From assembly GCA_049599895.1 (NCBI GenBank), contig JBMYPC010000081.1, positions 1 through 14,360 of the forward strand: 14,360 nucleotides of DNA, in the 5' to 3' direction. The notes under the pieces were generated by a model. That model was not told where the DNA came from. It saw only the letters and a program-made list of their open reading frames with translations, and did not search any database. This stretch comes from Bacteriovoracaceae bacterium. Its GTDB lineage: Bacteria; Bdellovibrionota; Bacteriovoracia; Bacteriovoracales; Bacteriovoracaceae. Made by a program: the position numbers and the translations under genes. Positions 5,738-13,752 of this stretch are shown one piece after another (position 1 is the first letter of the stretch; every line of letters begins with the position of its first letter).

Positions 5738-8398
5738 TTGAAGAGCGCATTGGATTCATTAAAAATAGGCAAGAACTCAAATATTGGTGACATCAATAAA
5801 AAAGTTAATGTGCCATTAAAGTTCAAGTTTATTGTCGTTTATAGCTCGTTAATTTTTTCAACAGTTCTTCTTTATTTATACTTTGCTTTTAATTTTTATA
5901 TTGAAGATAAGACAGCCTATGTTTTTGAGCGTGGTCTTAGTGAAGCAGAAAGTATCTTTGATGAATATAAAGTTTATTCTCAGAAACTGTATCAGCAAAT
6001 CGCAAGTCTTTCTCTTTTAAGCAAAGAGGAAATTGCGAGAAGAAAAGCATTGTTTCAAACTCAAGAAGATCTTTTTTCTTATCATCAAGGATCCGTTGTT
6101 GATGGAAAACTCAAGATTAATTTCAATTCATTCCATGATGATCTTATTAAAGAAATAGAGGCAAAGAACTATAAGGTTAATTTTAAAAATGCTTTGGGAT
6201 TCCAACTTGAAAAGTTTATCACTCTCAAAGATCAAGCTGCGGTTCTTAAGCCAGCGCAAGCCCTGACAGGGTTTCCCTCCCTTGTCATGGCCTTGAAACC
6301 ACAAGATGGCAGTGGAAAAGTCTTTATTGGAATTCTTTCACTGATCAATCTTCAAAAAAGACTTCTCAAGAAAAAGAATTTCTATATAGGAATGTATGAC
6401 TACGAAGGAAAACCTCTTTTTGAGAATCAATCTATTCCTGAAAACATTCTAAAGAAAATCCTAAATGAAAATCATTCAAATGGATCATTCGGTGCAGAGG
6501 GAGTTTTTTCAAAGAAAGAAGATCTTGTTTCCTTTATCAAAGATAAAACCCTTAATTTAACAGTGATTATCTCAACCCCTAAAGAAGTTGCTTATGGTGC
6601 GGCTAGAAAACTATTAATTGAAAGTTTTAGTTTTTCCGCGATCTTAATTGGAGCTTCAATATTTATCTCAATTCTTTTTGCTTGGGGAGTGACAAGACCT
6701 CTTCGAAATCTTCTCGAGGGAACTGTTGGTGTGATTAATGGAGACTTTGAACAGAAAATAGATGTGAAATCAAATGATGAAATTGGAATTTTAACGAATT
6801 CGTTCAACTTAATGACGGCTGAAATTAATGACCTTATTAAAAATAAACAGTTCGTGATTGATGAACTCGTTGAGGCCAAAACTCAGATCATGGAATATAA
6901 CAAAAACCTTGAGACAATTGTTGAGAGTAGAACAAAAAGGCTTTCTGAAGCGAATAGTTTTCTTGATGCAATTGTAAACTCTATTGATGAAGGGATTCTT
7001 GTGGTGAAACCTGATGGCACCTGCCATGAGTTTTACACAAAGGTTTGTGAGGATTTCTTTCCTGTTGTACCTCGAGAGCAAAGATTAATTGATGTGTTAA
7101 AAATCGATGATCCTACTGAGCAGAAGACCTTAGAGAGTTGGATTGATAATATCTTTAGTGAGACGATTTCTTTTGAAGAAATGGCCGAGCTTGGTCCGTC
7201 TCATTATAGTGAGGGGACATTAGGAGAGAACCAGTTTAAGCAAATCTCACTTCGTTACTTCCCAATTAGAGATGGAAATAGAGATATTATTTATTTAGTC
7301 GTTGTTGCGACCAATGAGACAAGGCGCGTGACTCAAGATGCCGCTTTTAAGAGGCAACAAGAAGATGTTGACATGATCATTAAGATTCTTGAAGCGAGAG
7401 AGAACTTTCTTACTTTTATTAAAGAATCAAAACAATTTCTTAATCAAATGATTTCGGATGTTGAACGTGGCAGTATCGATAAAAACTCAATTCTTATTGG
7501 ATTGCATTCACTGAAAGGAACTTGCTCGATCTTTGCCATTCATTCTTTAATTCGAAGTCTCCATGAAGCAGAAGACAAAATGAAGTTGGCTGATTCGAGT
7601 GAAAATCAACAGCGCTATGTTTATGGCATACTCAATGATGTTCAAATTGAGTTTAGTGCTTTACTTAACTATGCCTCAAAAATTATTGGCATTAATCTCC
7701 ATGAAGGGGAGGAGATTGTTCGACTTGATAAGTCTTTGGTGGTGGATTTTGCTCAAAAGGTTGAAGGCGCACAAAATCAAGAACTTCATAAAGAATATCT
7801 TGAGAACTTTGTTTATTATTCGGGAAAAGTTCTATTTAAAGGATATGAAATTCTGATTCAAGACCTTTCCAAAAAATTAGGGAAAAAGATTTCTCCTCTA
7901 ATTGTTAATAATGAGGATATTCCGATCCCTCCAGAGTTTGAGGAGTTCTTCTCCTCTCTTATCCATCTCTTTCGAAACGTTGTGGACCATGGAATAGAGT
8001 ATCCTTCAGAGAGAATACAAGCAAACAAAACAGAATTTGGAAAAGTTAAAGTGGAGCTAAAGTATTTTTATTCAGAAAATGAAAAGCAGGAGTTTCTCAA
8101 CGTTAGTATTCAAGATGATGGTAAAGGCATTGACCCTGAACAGATCCGACAAAAAGCAATTGAAAAAAATATTCAAGAAGTGGCAGGTCTTTCTGATGAA
8201 TCAATTATTTATGGGATCTTCCACCCTGAAATTTCAACCTCAAGTAAAGTAACGACGGTTTCTGGTCGTGGGGTTGGAATGGCGGCAATCAAAAAAACTG
8301 TAGATGCTTATCACGGTGAAATTCATATGAAGTCAATTAAAGGTGTTGGAACTAACTTTCTTTTTAAACTTCCGGTCAATCGTCCATATCGATCTTAA
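5738..8398 (+). CDS. Membrane sensor histidine kinase: TM-periplasmic (Cache-like)-TM-HAMP-PAS-like-HPt-CheA-type HATPase, no CheW domain
   Basis: Two TM helices; HAMP 'VTRPLRNLLEGTVGVINGDFEQKIDVKSNDEIGILTNSFNLMT'; PAS-like start 'IVNSIDEGILVVKPDG'; HPt 'LHSLKG' (His codon 7505-7507); CheA-type N box 'LIHLFRNVVDHGIE', G1 'DDGKGID', G2 'STSSKVTTVSGRGVGM'. The protein ends right after the ATPase domain. The TTG start is uncertain. Confidence 0.88.
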   Translation: MKSALDSLKIGKNSNIGDINKKVNVPLKFKFIVVYSSLIFSTVLLYLYFAFNFYIEDKTAYVFERGLSEAESIFDEYKVYSQKLYQQIASLSLLSKEEIARRKALFQTQEDLFSYHQGSVVDGKLKINFNSFHDDLIKEIEAKNYKVNFKNALGFQLEKFITLKDQAAVLKPAQALTGFPSLVMALKPQDGSGKVFIGILSLINLQKRLLKKKNFYIGMYDYEGKPLFENQSIPENILKKILNENHSNGSFGAEGVFSKKEDLVSFIKDKTLNLTVIISTPKEVAYGAARKLLIESFSFSAILIGASIFISILFAWGVTRPLRNLLEGTVGVINGDFEQKIDVKSNDEIGILTNSFNLMTAEINDLIKNKQFVIDELVEAKTQIMEYNKNLETIVESRTKRLSEANSFLDAIVNSIDEGILVVKPDGTCHEFYTKVCEDFFPVVPREQRLIDVLKIDDPTEQKTLESWIDNIFSETISFEEMAELGPSHYSEGTLGENQFKQISLRYFPIRDGNRDIIYLVVVATNETRRVTQDAAFKRQQEDVDMIIKILEARENFLTFIKESKQFLNQMISDVERGSIDKNSILIGLHSLKGTCSIFAIHSLIRSLHEAEDKMKLADSSENQQRYVYGILNDVQIEFSALLNYASKIIGINLHEGEEIVRLDKSLVVDFAQKVEGAQNQELHKEYLENFVYYSGKVLFKGYEILIQDLSKKLGKKISPLIVNNEDIPIPPEFEEFFSSLIHLFRNVVDHGIEYPSERIQANKTEFGKVKVELKYFYSENEKQEFLNVSIQDDGKGIDPEQIRQKAIEKNIQEVAGLSDESIIYGIFHPEISTSSKVTTVSGRGVGMAAIKKTVDAYHGEIHMKSIKGVGTNFLFKLPVNRPYRS

Positions 8399-10911
8399 AA
8401 CTGAAAGAGTGAAAGAACTGGGTCGTGATCAGAGATTCTTCCCATGTAATCTGAGTTAAAATTAAGGATCTCAAATTGAGGAGATCTTTCCATTAATTTC
8501 TTATTGGCAAAAATATAATCAAGAGATTGAGAATTCCCTTGAAAGTTCGTTGTGTAACGTTCGTTTTTTGGAAGGAGATAAATGAGGTTATCAAGAACTG
8601 TATTTTCGAGTTGCTTCATTGGTTGAGAGTCATAATAGTCATTGAAATCACCGACGGCAACAATGTGGGCATCAGGAGAGTTCTTTTCAATATAGCGGAT
8701 AAACTCATTCACTTTCTTCGCCATAAGCATTCTTTTTTCTTCTGATTTTTTAACAACTGGTTGATTCGCTCCAAAGTTTGGACTGTCTCCAAGTTTTGAA
8801 TTGAAGTGATTGCCAATAACAAAAACTTTTTTACCCTTAAACTCAAATTCAGCGACAAGACTTTTTCTGGTTCGATAAAAAGCCTTATGATGTGGAAAGA
8901 CTCGACCAGGATTGTTGTTAAGGCTTCCATTGGCCATAACCTTAGCTTCAGCAGTTCCATTTTCAGCGTTTCGGTAAATAAACTTTACTTTGCTTTTATT
9001 GTACATCATGGCGACTCGAATATTCCCACCTGGTTGACCACCTTCATTATGATTAACAGGATCAATATTGATGTAGTCATAGTTCTCGCAAGTGAGTTCA
9101 CCCAGGAGCTTGCTAAGGGTTGCTTCTGCACTTGATGTCCCTGAAAAGTCGGGACCGTTAAAATCTTGAATCTCAACTAGAGTGAGAATGTCTGGACACT
9201 TAAGGCGATTCGAAATCGATTCGGCAACAAGAGCAATTTTATGGTCTTGAAATCCAGCGAGATTTTTTACGTTATAAGAAGCTATTGAGAGAGAATTTTC
9301 ATCGCTAAGGAGTTTTGTGACTTCTTGTTTCTTACGATCTTCAGCAACAAGATTTTGAGCATAGTTAACAAGGGGTCCTTGTTCCTCTGGAACGATCATA
9401 TTGAAATGACCATCTCCAAAAAGGTTTTTTTCATAACTCATAACACCAATAATTTCGCCTTCAATCATGTCTCCAACGCTATAAAGAGCGTCGATGTTTA
9501 CACCCTTTGAAAGGTGGTTGGTTGCAATGGTGATAATCTCTGGATTAAAGTCGTTATTTTTAGAGTCAATAATAATCCCGTTTGCTTTTGTGTCCTGAGG
9601 ATTACCAAGATGTCCATCAGCAAGGAAGTGAAGGTTGAGATAGCCTTTAGGTCCATCATTTTCAAGTTCCTCACGACCTCCACGAAAGCCAACAATTCTT
9701 GGGTTCTTAACTTTAATTCTCATGCCTTCAAGACTTTCCCAGAAATCAAGAGCATCATTTAAGTTAAGAGAAGTTTTTTTATTAACATTGCCTCTATAGC
9801 TCGAAGCAACTTTATTGGGAACAGGACGTCCCTCTTTACCAATCAGAACAGGCTTAGGAAGAGAGTTTCTTTTTGAGAGGACTTGATAACTTGAAATGTT
9901 TCTTAAACTTGTTCGAGAAAGACCTGTTCGGCTTGAGAATTGTTCAAAAATAATACCTTTGAGTTGGATTAAGTCTCCTAGTTCAGGTTTGTTGTGAAGC
10001 TCAAAAAACTCCTTTGGGTTTTCAATGAAGATATGAAGACCCTCTGAGGTTTTGGGGTTTCCATCGTCTGATTGGGTGTGAATAAAAATGTCATAACCAC
10101 CTGGATATCTTTCCACTTCTCCATGGGCCACAACAATTCCCTGAGTGAGAACTTTATGGGCCATAAATGGTGAGAGAAAGGATTGACCTTGGATTTCAGA
10201 GATCTTTTTCTTTCCAATATAGCTTTTCGTATGGTTCTTAACCGTTGCTCTTCTTTCGACTAGAAGAGGAATTCGTCTCAGTTTTTTGAGATAGCTTCTT
10301 AGAGAGTCTCTTGCTGAGATTTCATTGTTGATTCTTCTTCTAAAGTCTCCTTGAAGACCATTTCGATATTTGTAACCTGGGAAAGTTTTAAAATTTGCGT
10401 AGAAATAATCGCTAATCGCAACTTTATAGTATTCATCGTCTTTTAAAGTTGAGCTTTTATTAAGAGAGATATTCTTGATCAGAGGCTGTCCGCCTTGGAA
10501 TTGAATATCATAGCGAACTCCTGAAACTTGAAGTTCTGCTGAGTAGACGTCTTGGATTCTTTCAAAGATAAACTTTTTAATTTTTGATCCGCGCATTGTT
10601 CCAAGGCGAAATTTGTCCTTGCTTCCTCGAGGGAAAAGATTGAGAACTTCTTCAATCTCATAATCGCGCATACGAGGTCTTACAGTGCCATACTCATTAC
10701 TTCGAATAAAATTTGATGGGTAAAAGACAATATCAAGGTCGTGCTCTTCCTTGATGGCGTCGGCCATAAGGTTTCCGGTTGTGGTTGAGCCATTTTTGAT
10801 ATTTCTTGATTCGAGAAGCACTTCTCGATAGGGAGGCTCAGAATACTCTTGCGAGCAGCCAATAAAAAGGACGAGCAGTGAAAGAAGAGAAAGCTTAAAA
10901 GATTTCTTCAT
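8395..10911 (-). CDS. Lipoprotein extracellular nuclease: 5'-nucleotidase C-terminal domain + OB fold + EEP (ExeM/NucH-like) domain
   Basis: Lipobox LFIG-C. 5'-nucleotidase-C-like motifs (TTGNLMADAI, EEVLNLFP, MRGSKIKKFI, LQVSGVRYDI, LKDDEYYKVAISDYF). OB/ExeM-like motifs (ISEIQGQSFLSP, DDGNPKTSEGLHIF, GDLIQLKG, FWESLEGMRIKV). EEP catalytic set intact (ASYNVKNL, LVEIQD, GGQPGGNIR, NHFNSK, GDFND, LDYI, SDHDP). GGAGGG RBS lies inside the end of the upstream gene. Confidence 0.88.
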   Translation of the reverse strand: MKKSFKLSLLSLLVLFIGCSQEYSEPPYREVLLESRNIKNGSTTTGNLMADAIKEEHDLDIVFYPSNFIRSNEYGTVRPRMRDYEIEEVLNLFPRGSKDKFRLGTMRGSKIKKFIFERIQDVYSAELQVSGVRYDIQFQGGQPLIKNISLNKSSTLKDDEYYKVAISDYFYANFKTFPGYKYRNGLQGDFRRRINNEISARDSLRSYLKKLRRIPLLVERRATVKNHTKSYIGKKKISEIQGQSFLSPFMAHKVLTQGIVVAHGEVERYPGGYDIFIHTQSDDGNPKTSEGLHIFIENPKEFFELHNKPELGDLIQLKGIIFEQFSSRTGLSRTSLRNISSYQVLSKRNSLPKPVLIGKEGRPVPNKVASSYRGNVNKKTSLNLNDALDFWESLEGMRIKVKNPRIVGFRGGREELENDGPKGYLNLHFLADGHLGNPQDTKANGIIIDSKNNDFNPEIITIATNHLSKGVNIDALYSVGDMIEGEIIGVMSYEKNLFGDGHFNMIVPEEQGPLVNYAQNLVAEDRKKQEVTKLLSDENSLSIASYNVKNLAGFQDHKIALVAESISNRLKCPDILTLVEIQDFNGPDFSGTSSAEATLSKLLGELTCENYDYINIDPVNHNEGGQPGGNIRVAMMYNKSKVKFIYRNAENGTAEAKVMANGSLNNNPGRVFPHHKAFYRTRKSLVAEFEFKGKKVFVIGNHFNSKLGDSPNFGANQPVVKKSEEKRMLMAKKVNEFIRYIEKNSPDAHIVAVGDFNDYYDSQPMKQLENTVLDNLIYLLPKNERYTTNFQGNSQSLDYIFANKKLMERSPQFEILNFNSDYMGRISDHDPVLSLFQF

Positions 10912-10912
10912 C

Positions 10913-11980
10913 TTAGTTCGTCCCTCCGGTAGTTGTTGTGTCGGGGACCTCTTGTTGAACAGGTGGTGTTTGAGGCTCTTCTTGTTGTACAGGAGGGGGC
11001 TCTGGTGTTTGGAAATTCATTCGATAGGTTTTGTACTTAAGAGTGTCTCCAATCCCCCAAATATTAATATTGGCAATCTCCCAAACCTGATCATCCGATT
11101 CTTCTGAAATAAATTGAAAGGCAAGAACGATCTCTTTTCCTTTATAAGGAGTGAGGTCTATGGCCTTTGATGTGAGATCTGTCCATCTTCCAGGGCTGGC
11201 AACACTTGGATCTTCAATGTAATCTATTTCATCCCAAGCTGTTGCACTAGGATCATCTCCATTGTAGTCAGTAGAGATTTTGACTTTGAGTTTATCCCAA
11301 ATGGGATTTTTCACAGTAAGGTCGATCTTCATTTTAAGATCTTCTGCATTTACAAGAGAGATTTTAGGAGAAAGAAGCCATGATTCTCCCACGGCTTTTT
11401 CACCATCTTTAAAGTTTGCAATTTTGGCGAATCGATATCTTCCAGAGAGTTGGAAGGCTTCCCACTCCGGAGCAGTATGACTGAGTCTCGCTGACTGAAA
11501 GGGGTGGAGTTTCGGTTTATTGAAAGAATGTTTAAAGAGCTCAAATTTGATGGTTTTCACATTTACCTTATGAGCTTTTGCGTATTTATAAAGAATGATA
11601 TTGGCCTTCTTTTCAATACTCTTCACTCGATTTTCATCCTGTCTTAAGAAAGGATATTTTGAAAATTGAGTCACTGAACGATAAAGAAGTTTGATGGATT
11701 CCTGGGCGTCAACACCTCGGTCGAGTTTGATAAGAGAAATTTTGATTCTAAAAAGAGTCTTTTGAATTGCTTTTCTTTCTTGAGAGGTATTAGAGGCTAA
11801 AAATTCTTTGTCTTCAATTGCTGCTTGGAGACCATTGATTTCAATAACGGCAGCTTGAATCTCTTGATCTTGAATGTTTCGACTATCAAATTCGGTTTGA
11901 CCTCTGTCTCCTCCACAAGACCCCAGTAAGAAGAGACCTAGTAGAGCGAGTGAGCGAAACAAGACTGTACAGAAGTTCAT
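10913..11980 (-). CDS. Lipoprotein with N-terminal helical region, DUF5017/cleaved-adhesin (choice-of-anchor J)-like beta-sandwich and Pro/Gln/Thr-rich tail
   Basis: Start placed at ATG 11980 (AAGGGA RBS upstream; MNFCTVLFRSLALLGLFLLGS-CGG lipobox). Domain signature 'ESWLLSPKISL...LKVKISTDYNGDDPSATAWDEI...WTDLTSKAIDLTPYKGKEIVLAFQF...WEIANINIWG'; 355 aa. Confidence 0.75.
   Translation of the reverse strand: MNFCTVLFRSLALLGLFLLGSCGGDRGQTEFDSRNIQDQEIQAAVIEINGLQAAIEDKEFLASNTSQERKAIQKTLFRIKISLIKLDRGVDAQESIKLLYRSVTQFSKYPFLRQDENRVKSIEKKANIILYKYAKAHKVNVKTIKFELFKHSFNKPKLHPFQSARLSHTAPEWEAFQLSGRYRFAKIANFKDGEKAVGESWLLSPKISLVNAEDLKMKIDLTVKNPIWDKLKVKISTDYNGDDPSATAWDEIDYIEDPSVASPGRWTDLTSKAIDLTPYKGKEIVLAFQFISEESDDQVWEIANINIWGIGDTLKYKTYRMNFQTPEPPPVQQEEPQTPPVQQEVPDTTTTGGTN
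10950..10996 (-). repeat. Short imperfect intragenic direct repeat, 30-bp period, encoding PPVQQE twice
   Basis: tcttgttgaacaggtgg (10950-10966) versus tcttgttgtacaggagg (10980-10996), 15 of 17 identical. Confidence 0.7.
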
Positions 11981-11990
11981 AATAAATCCC

Positions 11991-13397
11991 TTAGAGTTTA
12001 AAAATCTCTCCAGCATCAAAGTTATAGTTAATTTCAATTGAAAGTAGCCAGTCACTATCTTTATAAGAACTTAAGAAGCGATCTTCTTGGACGTCAGCAC
12101 TATTTCCAAAGACTTTGTTCTTTGCCTTAAAGTATTCAATCTCTGGCTTGATTTCATATTTTCCTTGAAGGATATAAGTTCCAAAACCATATCGAGTAAG
12201 ACCACCATGTGAGAGGGCATCGTCAAAAGTTCTGAGGCGATGAGCCGATTCTCTTTCGCGAAAAACAAAATGCTCACTTTGGTTTTTATAAGAGATATAG
12301 GGGATGACATTTTCTAGTCTTGTTCCCAGCTTAAGGCTGTAGGCCATACCAGATTGGTCGATCCAGTTCTGTCTGTTTCCATAATAATCGAGATAGATCG
12401 GTTCAAAAGGATTCTCTTCCTTGAACCAGCTTCCAGAAGAGTTGAGGTTATAAGGGTTATCACCGGCTTTTGATCGAGTGACTTCGGCAGAAATAAGAAT
12501 CTTGTTGTTGAATTCAGAGGCAAGTTGAAGAGAGCTTGCTGAAGAAAGAAGAGAGCCTGTTTCTTTTGCTTCGCTGTGAGATACATGTTTTGCTTTTGTC
12601 CAAAGCTTAAGAGAGTTGGTGATAAATTTTCCTTCTATACCAAATTGCGTCCCAAAGTCTTCTCTACGCTCCCATCTTTCAACGCTTGTATTAGATTCAA
12701 TATTGAAATCTTCGTTGGATGGATGAAGATAAGTGGCAACTCCAAACCCTGCTGAAAGTTTGATCATTTCTTCAAAATCAAAAGCGAGAACAAAGCCAGG
12801 AATTGTTTTTGTTTCAATTTTTACATCACTTGAGTTGGTTCCTGATAAAGGTGTAGGAGCTCCGTCAATAGAATAGATTCTTGTAACATCGTAAGTGTTA
12901 AACTCGCTTCCAACATCACCGTCAAAGTTATAAGGATAAAAAGTTATCCCAAATCCAAGAGTTGGAAGAATTTGAGTGTTATATTGGACAAAGGTTTTGT
13001 CCGAATCAAGATCTGGCCCAAAACTGATGGCCTTGGAGTCACTGGTGTCGCCATTGTCATCATCAGTTTTCAGTTCAAGATCGAGACCAAATTTAAATTT
13101 CTGATAACGGTGGTTTAAAAGAAATTCAAATTTAGAAGTTTTACTATCAAAGGTATCTTCAACAGGATCGGTCTCAAAACCAAATGTCAGTGAAAAGTCT
13201 TTACTGTACTGATATTTTAACTTTGCATCGACTTCAACCTGATCTCCCGCTTCAGCATTTTTTGAGCTACTGTAGAGATGATCTTCGTAGCTAAAGCTAT
13301 CGATTGAAAACTTTGAAGTCTTTGGTGATTCAGAAAAAGCGTCAAAGGCCAGGAGATTTGAGCAAGCAACAAGAATAGAGATCCAACGTGATTTCAT
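11991..13397 (-). CDS. Exported hypothetical protein, probable outer-membrane beta-barrel/porin
   Basis: Sec signal peptide (MKSRWISILVACSNLLAFDAFS); many amphipathic beta-strands with aromatic ends (VEVDAKLKYQY, FEFLLNHRY, FKFGLDLELK, IKLSAGFGVATY, AYSLKLGTR, YEIKPEIEYF, WLLSIEINYNF). I do not recognise the family. Confidence 0.65.
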   Translation of the reverse strand: MKSRWISILVACSNLLAFDAFSESPKTSKFSIDSFSYEDHLYSSSKNAEAGDQVEVDAKLKYQYSKDFSLTFGFETDPVEDTFDSKTSKFEFLLNHRYQKFKFGLDLELKTDDDNGDTSDSKAISFGPDLDSDKTFVQYNTQILPTLGFGITFYPYNFDGDVGSEFNTYDVTRIYSIDGAPTPLSGTNSSDVKIETKTIPGFVLAFDFEEMIKLSAGFGVATYLHPSNEDFNIESNTSVERWERREDFGTQFGIEGKFITNSLKLWTKAKHVSHSEAKETGSLLSSASSLQLASEFNNKILISAEVTRSKAGDNPYNLNSSGSWFKEENPFEPIYLDYYGNRQNWIDQSGMAYSLKLGTRLENVIPYISYKNQSEHFVFRERESAHRLRTFDDALSHGGLTRYGFGTYILQGKYEIKPEIEYFKAKNKVFGNSADVQEDRFLSSYKDSDWLLSIEINYNFDAGEIFKL

Positions 13398-13437
13398 AGC
13401 AAAAAAGTACCTTTTCTCGATTGGGTTCTAGACAGGG

Positions 13438-13485
13438 CCAAAACCTAAGTAATTTCCTTATTTTTCAAATACCTTAGAGTTTTGG
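13438..13485. promoter_or_regulatory. Imperfect inverted repeat upstream of the barrel/lipoprotein/nuclease operon
   Basis: CCAAAAC-CTAAG (13438-13449) pairs with CTTAG-A-GTTTTGG (13473-13485) with a one-base bulge around a 23-nt AT-rich spacer. Confidence 0.35.
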
Positions 13486-13692
13486 TTTGCGCCAATAAAT
13501 TGCATTCTTTACAGCGGTGCGTGATGTGAATGAATCGAACCGATTTCTTTTTAATTCCAGTGGTTTAGTCATTTCGAGAAAGTATTTTTCTAATATATTT
13601 AAAATGATTTCTTTATAAAGTGGTGCCGAAACTTCACCAAAATTATGCTTGAGGAAAAAATTTTTAAATTAGGAGCTGGGGCCAGTCCCTCT

Positions 13693-13743
13693 TATAATGG
13701 TTGGAGTATTTTCAATAATTTAATCGAACTTATTTGCGAGGAG
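13693..13743 (+). promoter_or_regulatory. Candidate -10 box and ribosome-binding site of gltA
   Basis: TATAAT at 13693-13698 (no good -35 seen); GAGGAG at 13738-13743, 9 nt before ATG 13753. Confidence 0.5.
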
Positions 13744-13752
13744 AACCGTATT

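Noticed and set aside
5738..8398. Calling the kinase cheA
   Set aside because: It is transmembrane, has an internal rather than N-terminal HPt, lacks the CheW domain and has no che operon context.
11981..12055. N-terminal extension of the lipoprotein ORF to 12055
   Set aside because: It overlaps the upstream gene; ATG 11980 has an RBS and yields a proper lipoprotein signal peptide.
3830..12586. Numerous 60-109 aa ORFs nested in or antisense to the long genes
   Set aside because: No recognisable motifs, and they lie almost entirely within well-supported CDSs.
13484..13640. Sigma54 promoter or riboswitch in the operon/gltA intergenic region
   Set aside because: The TGGC/TTGC-like elements are not at GG-N10-GC spacing, and I could not recognise a riboswitch consensus by eye.
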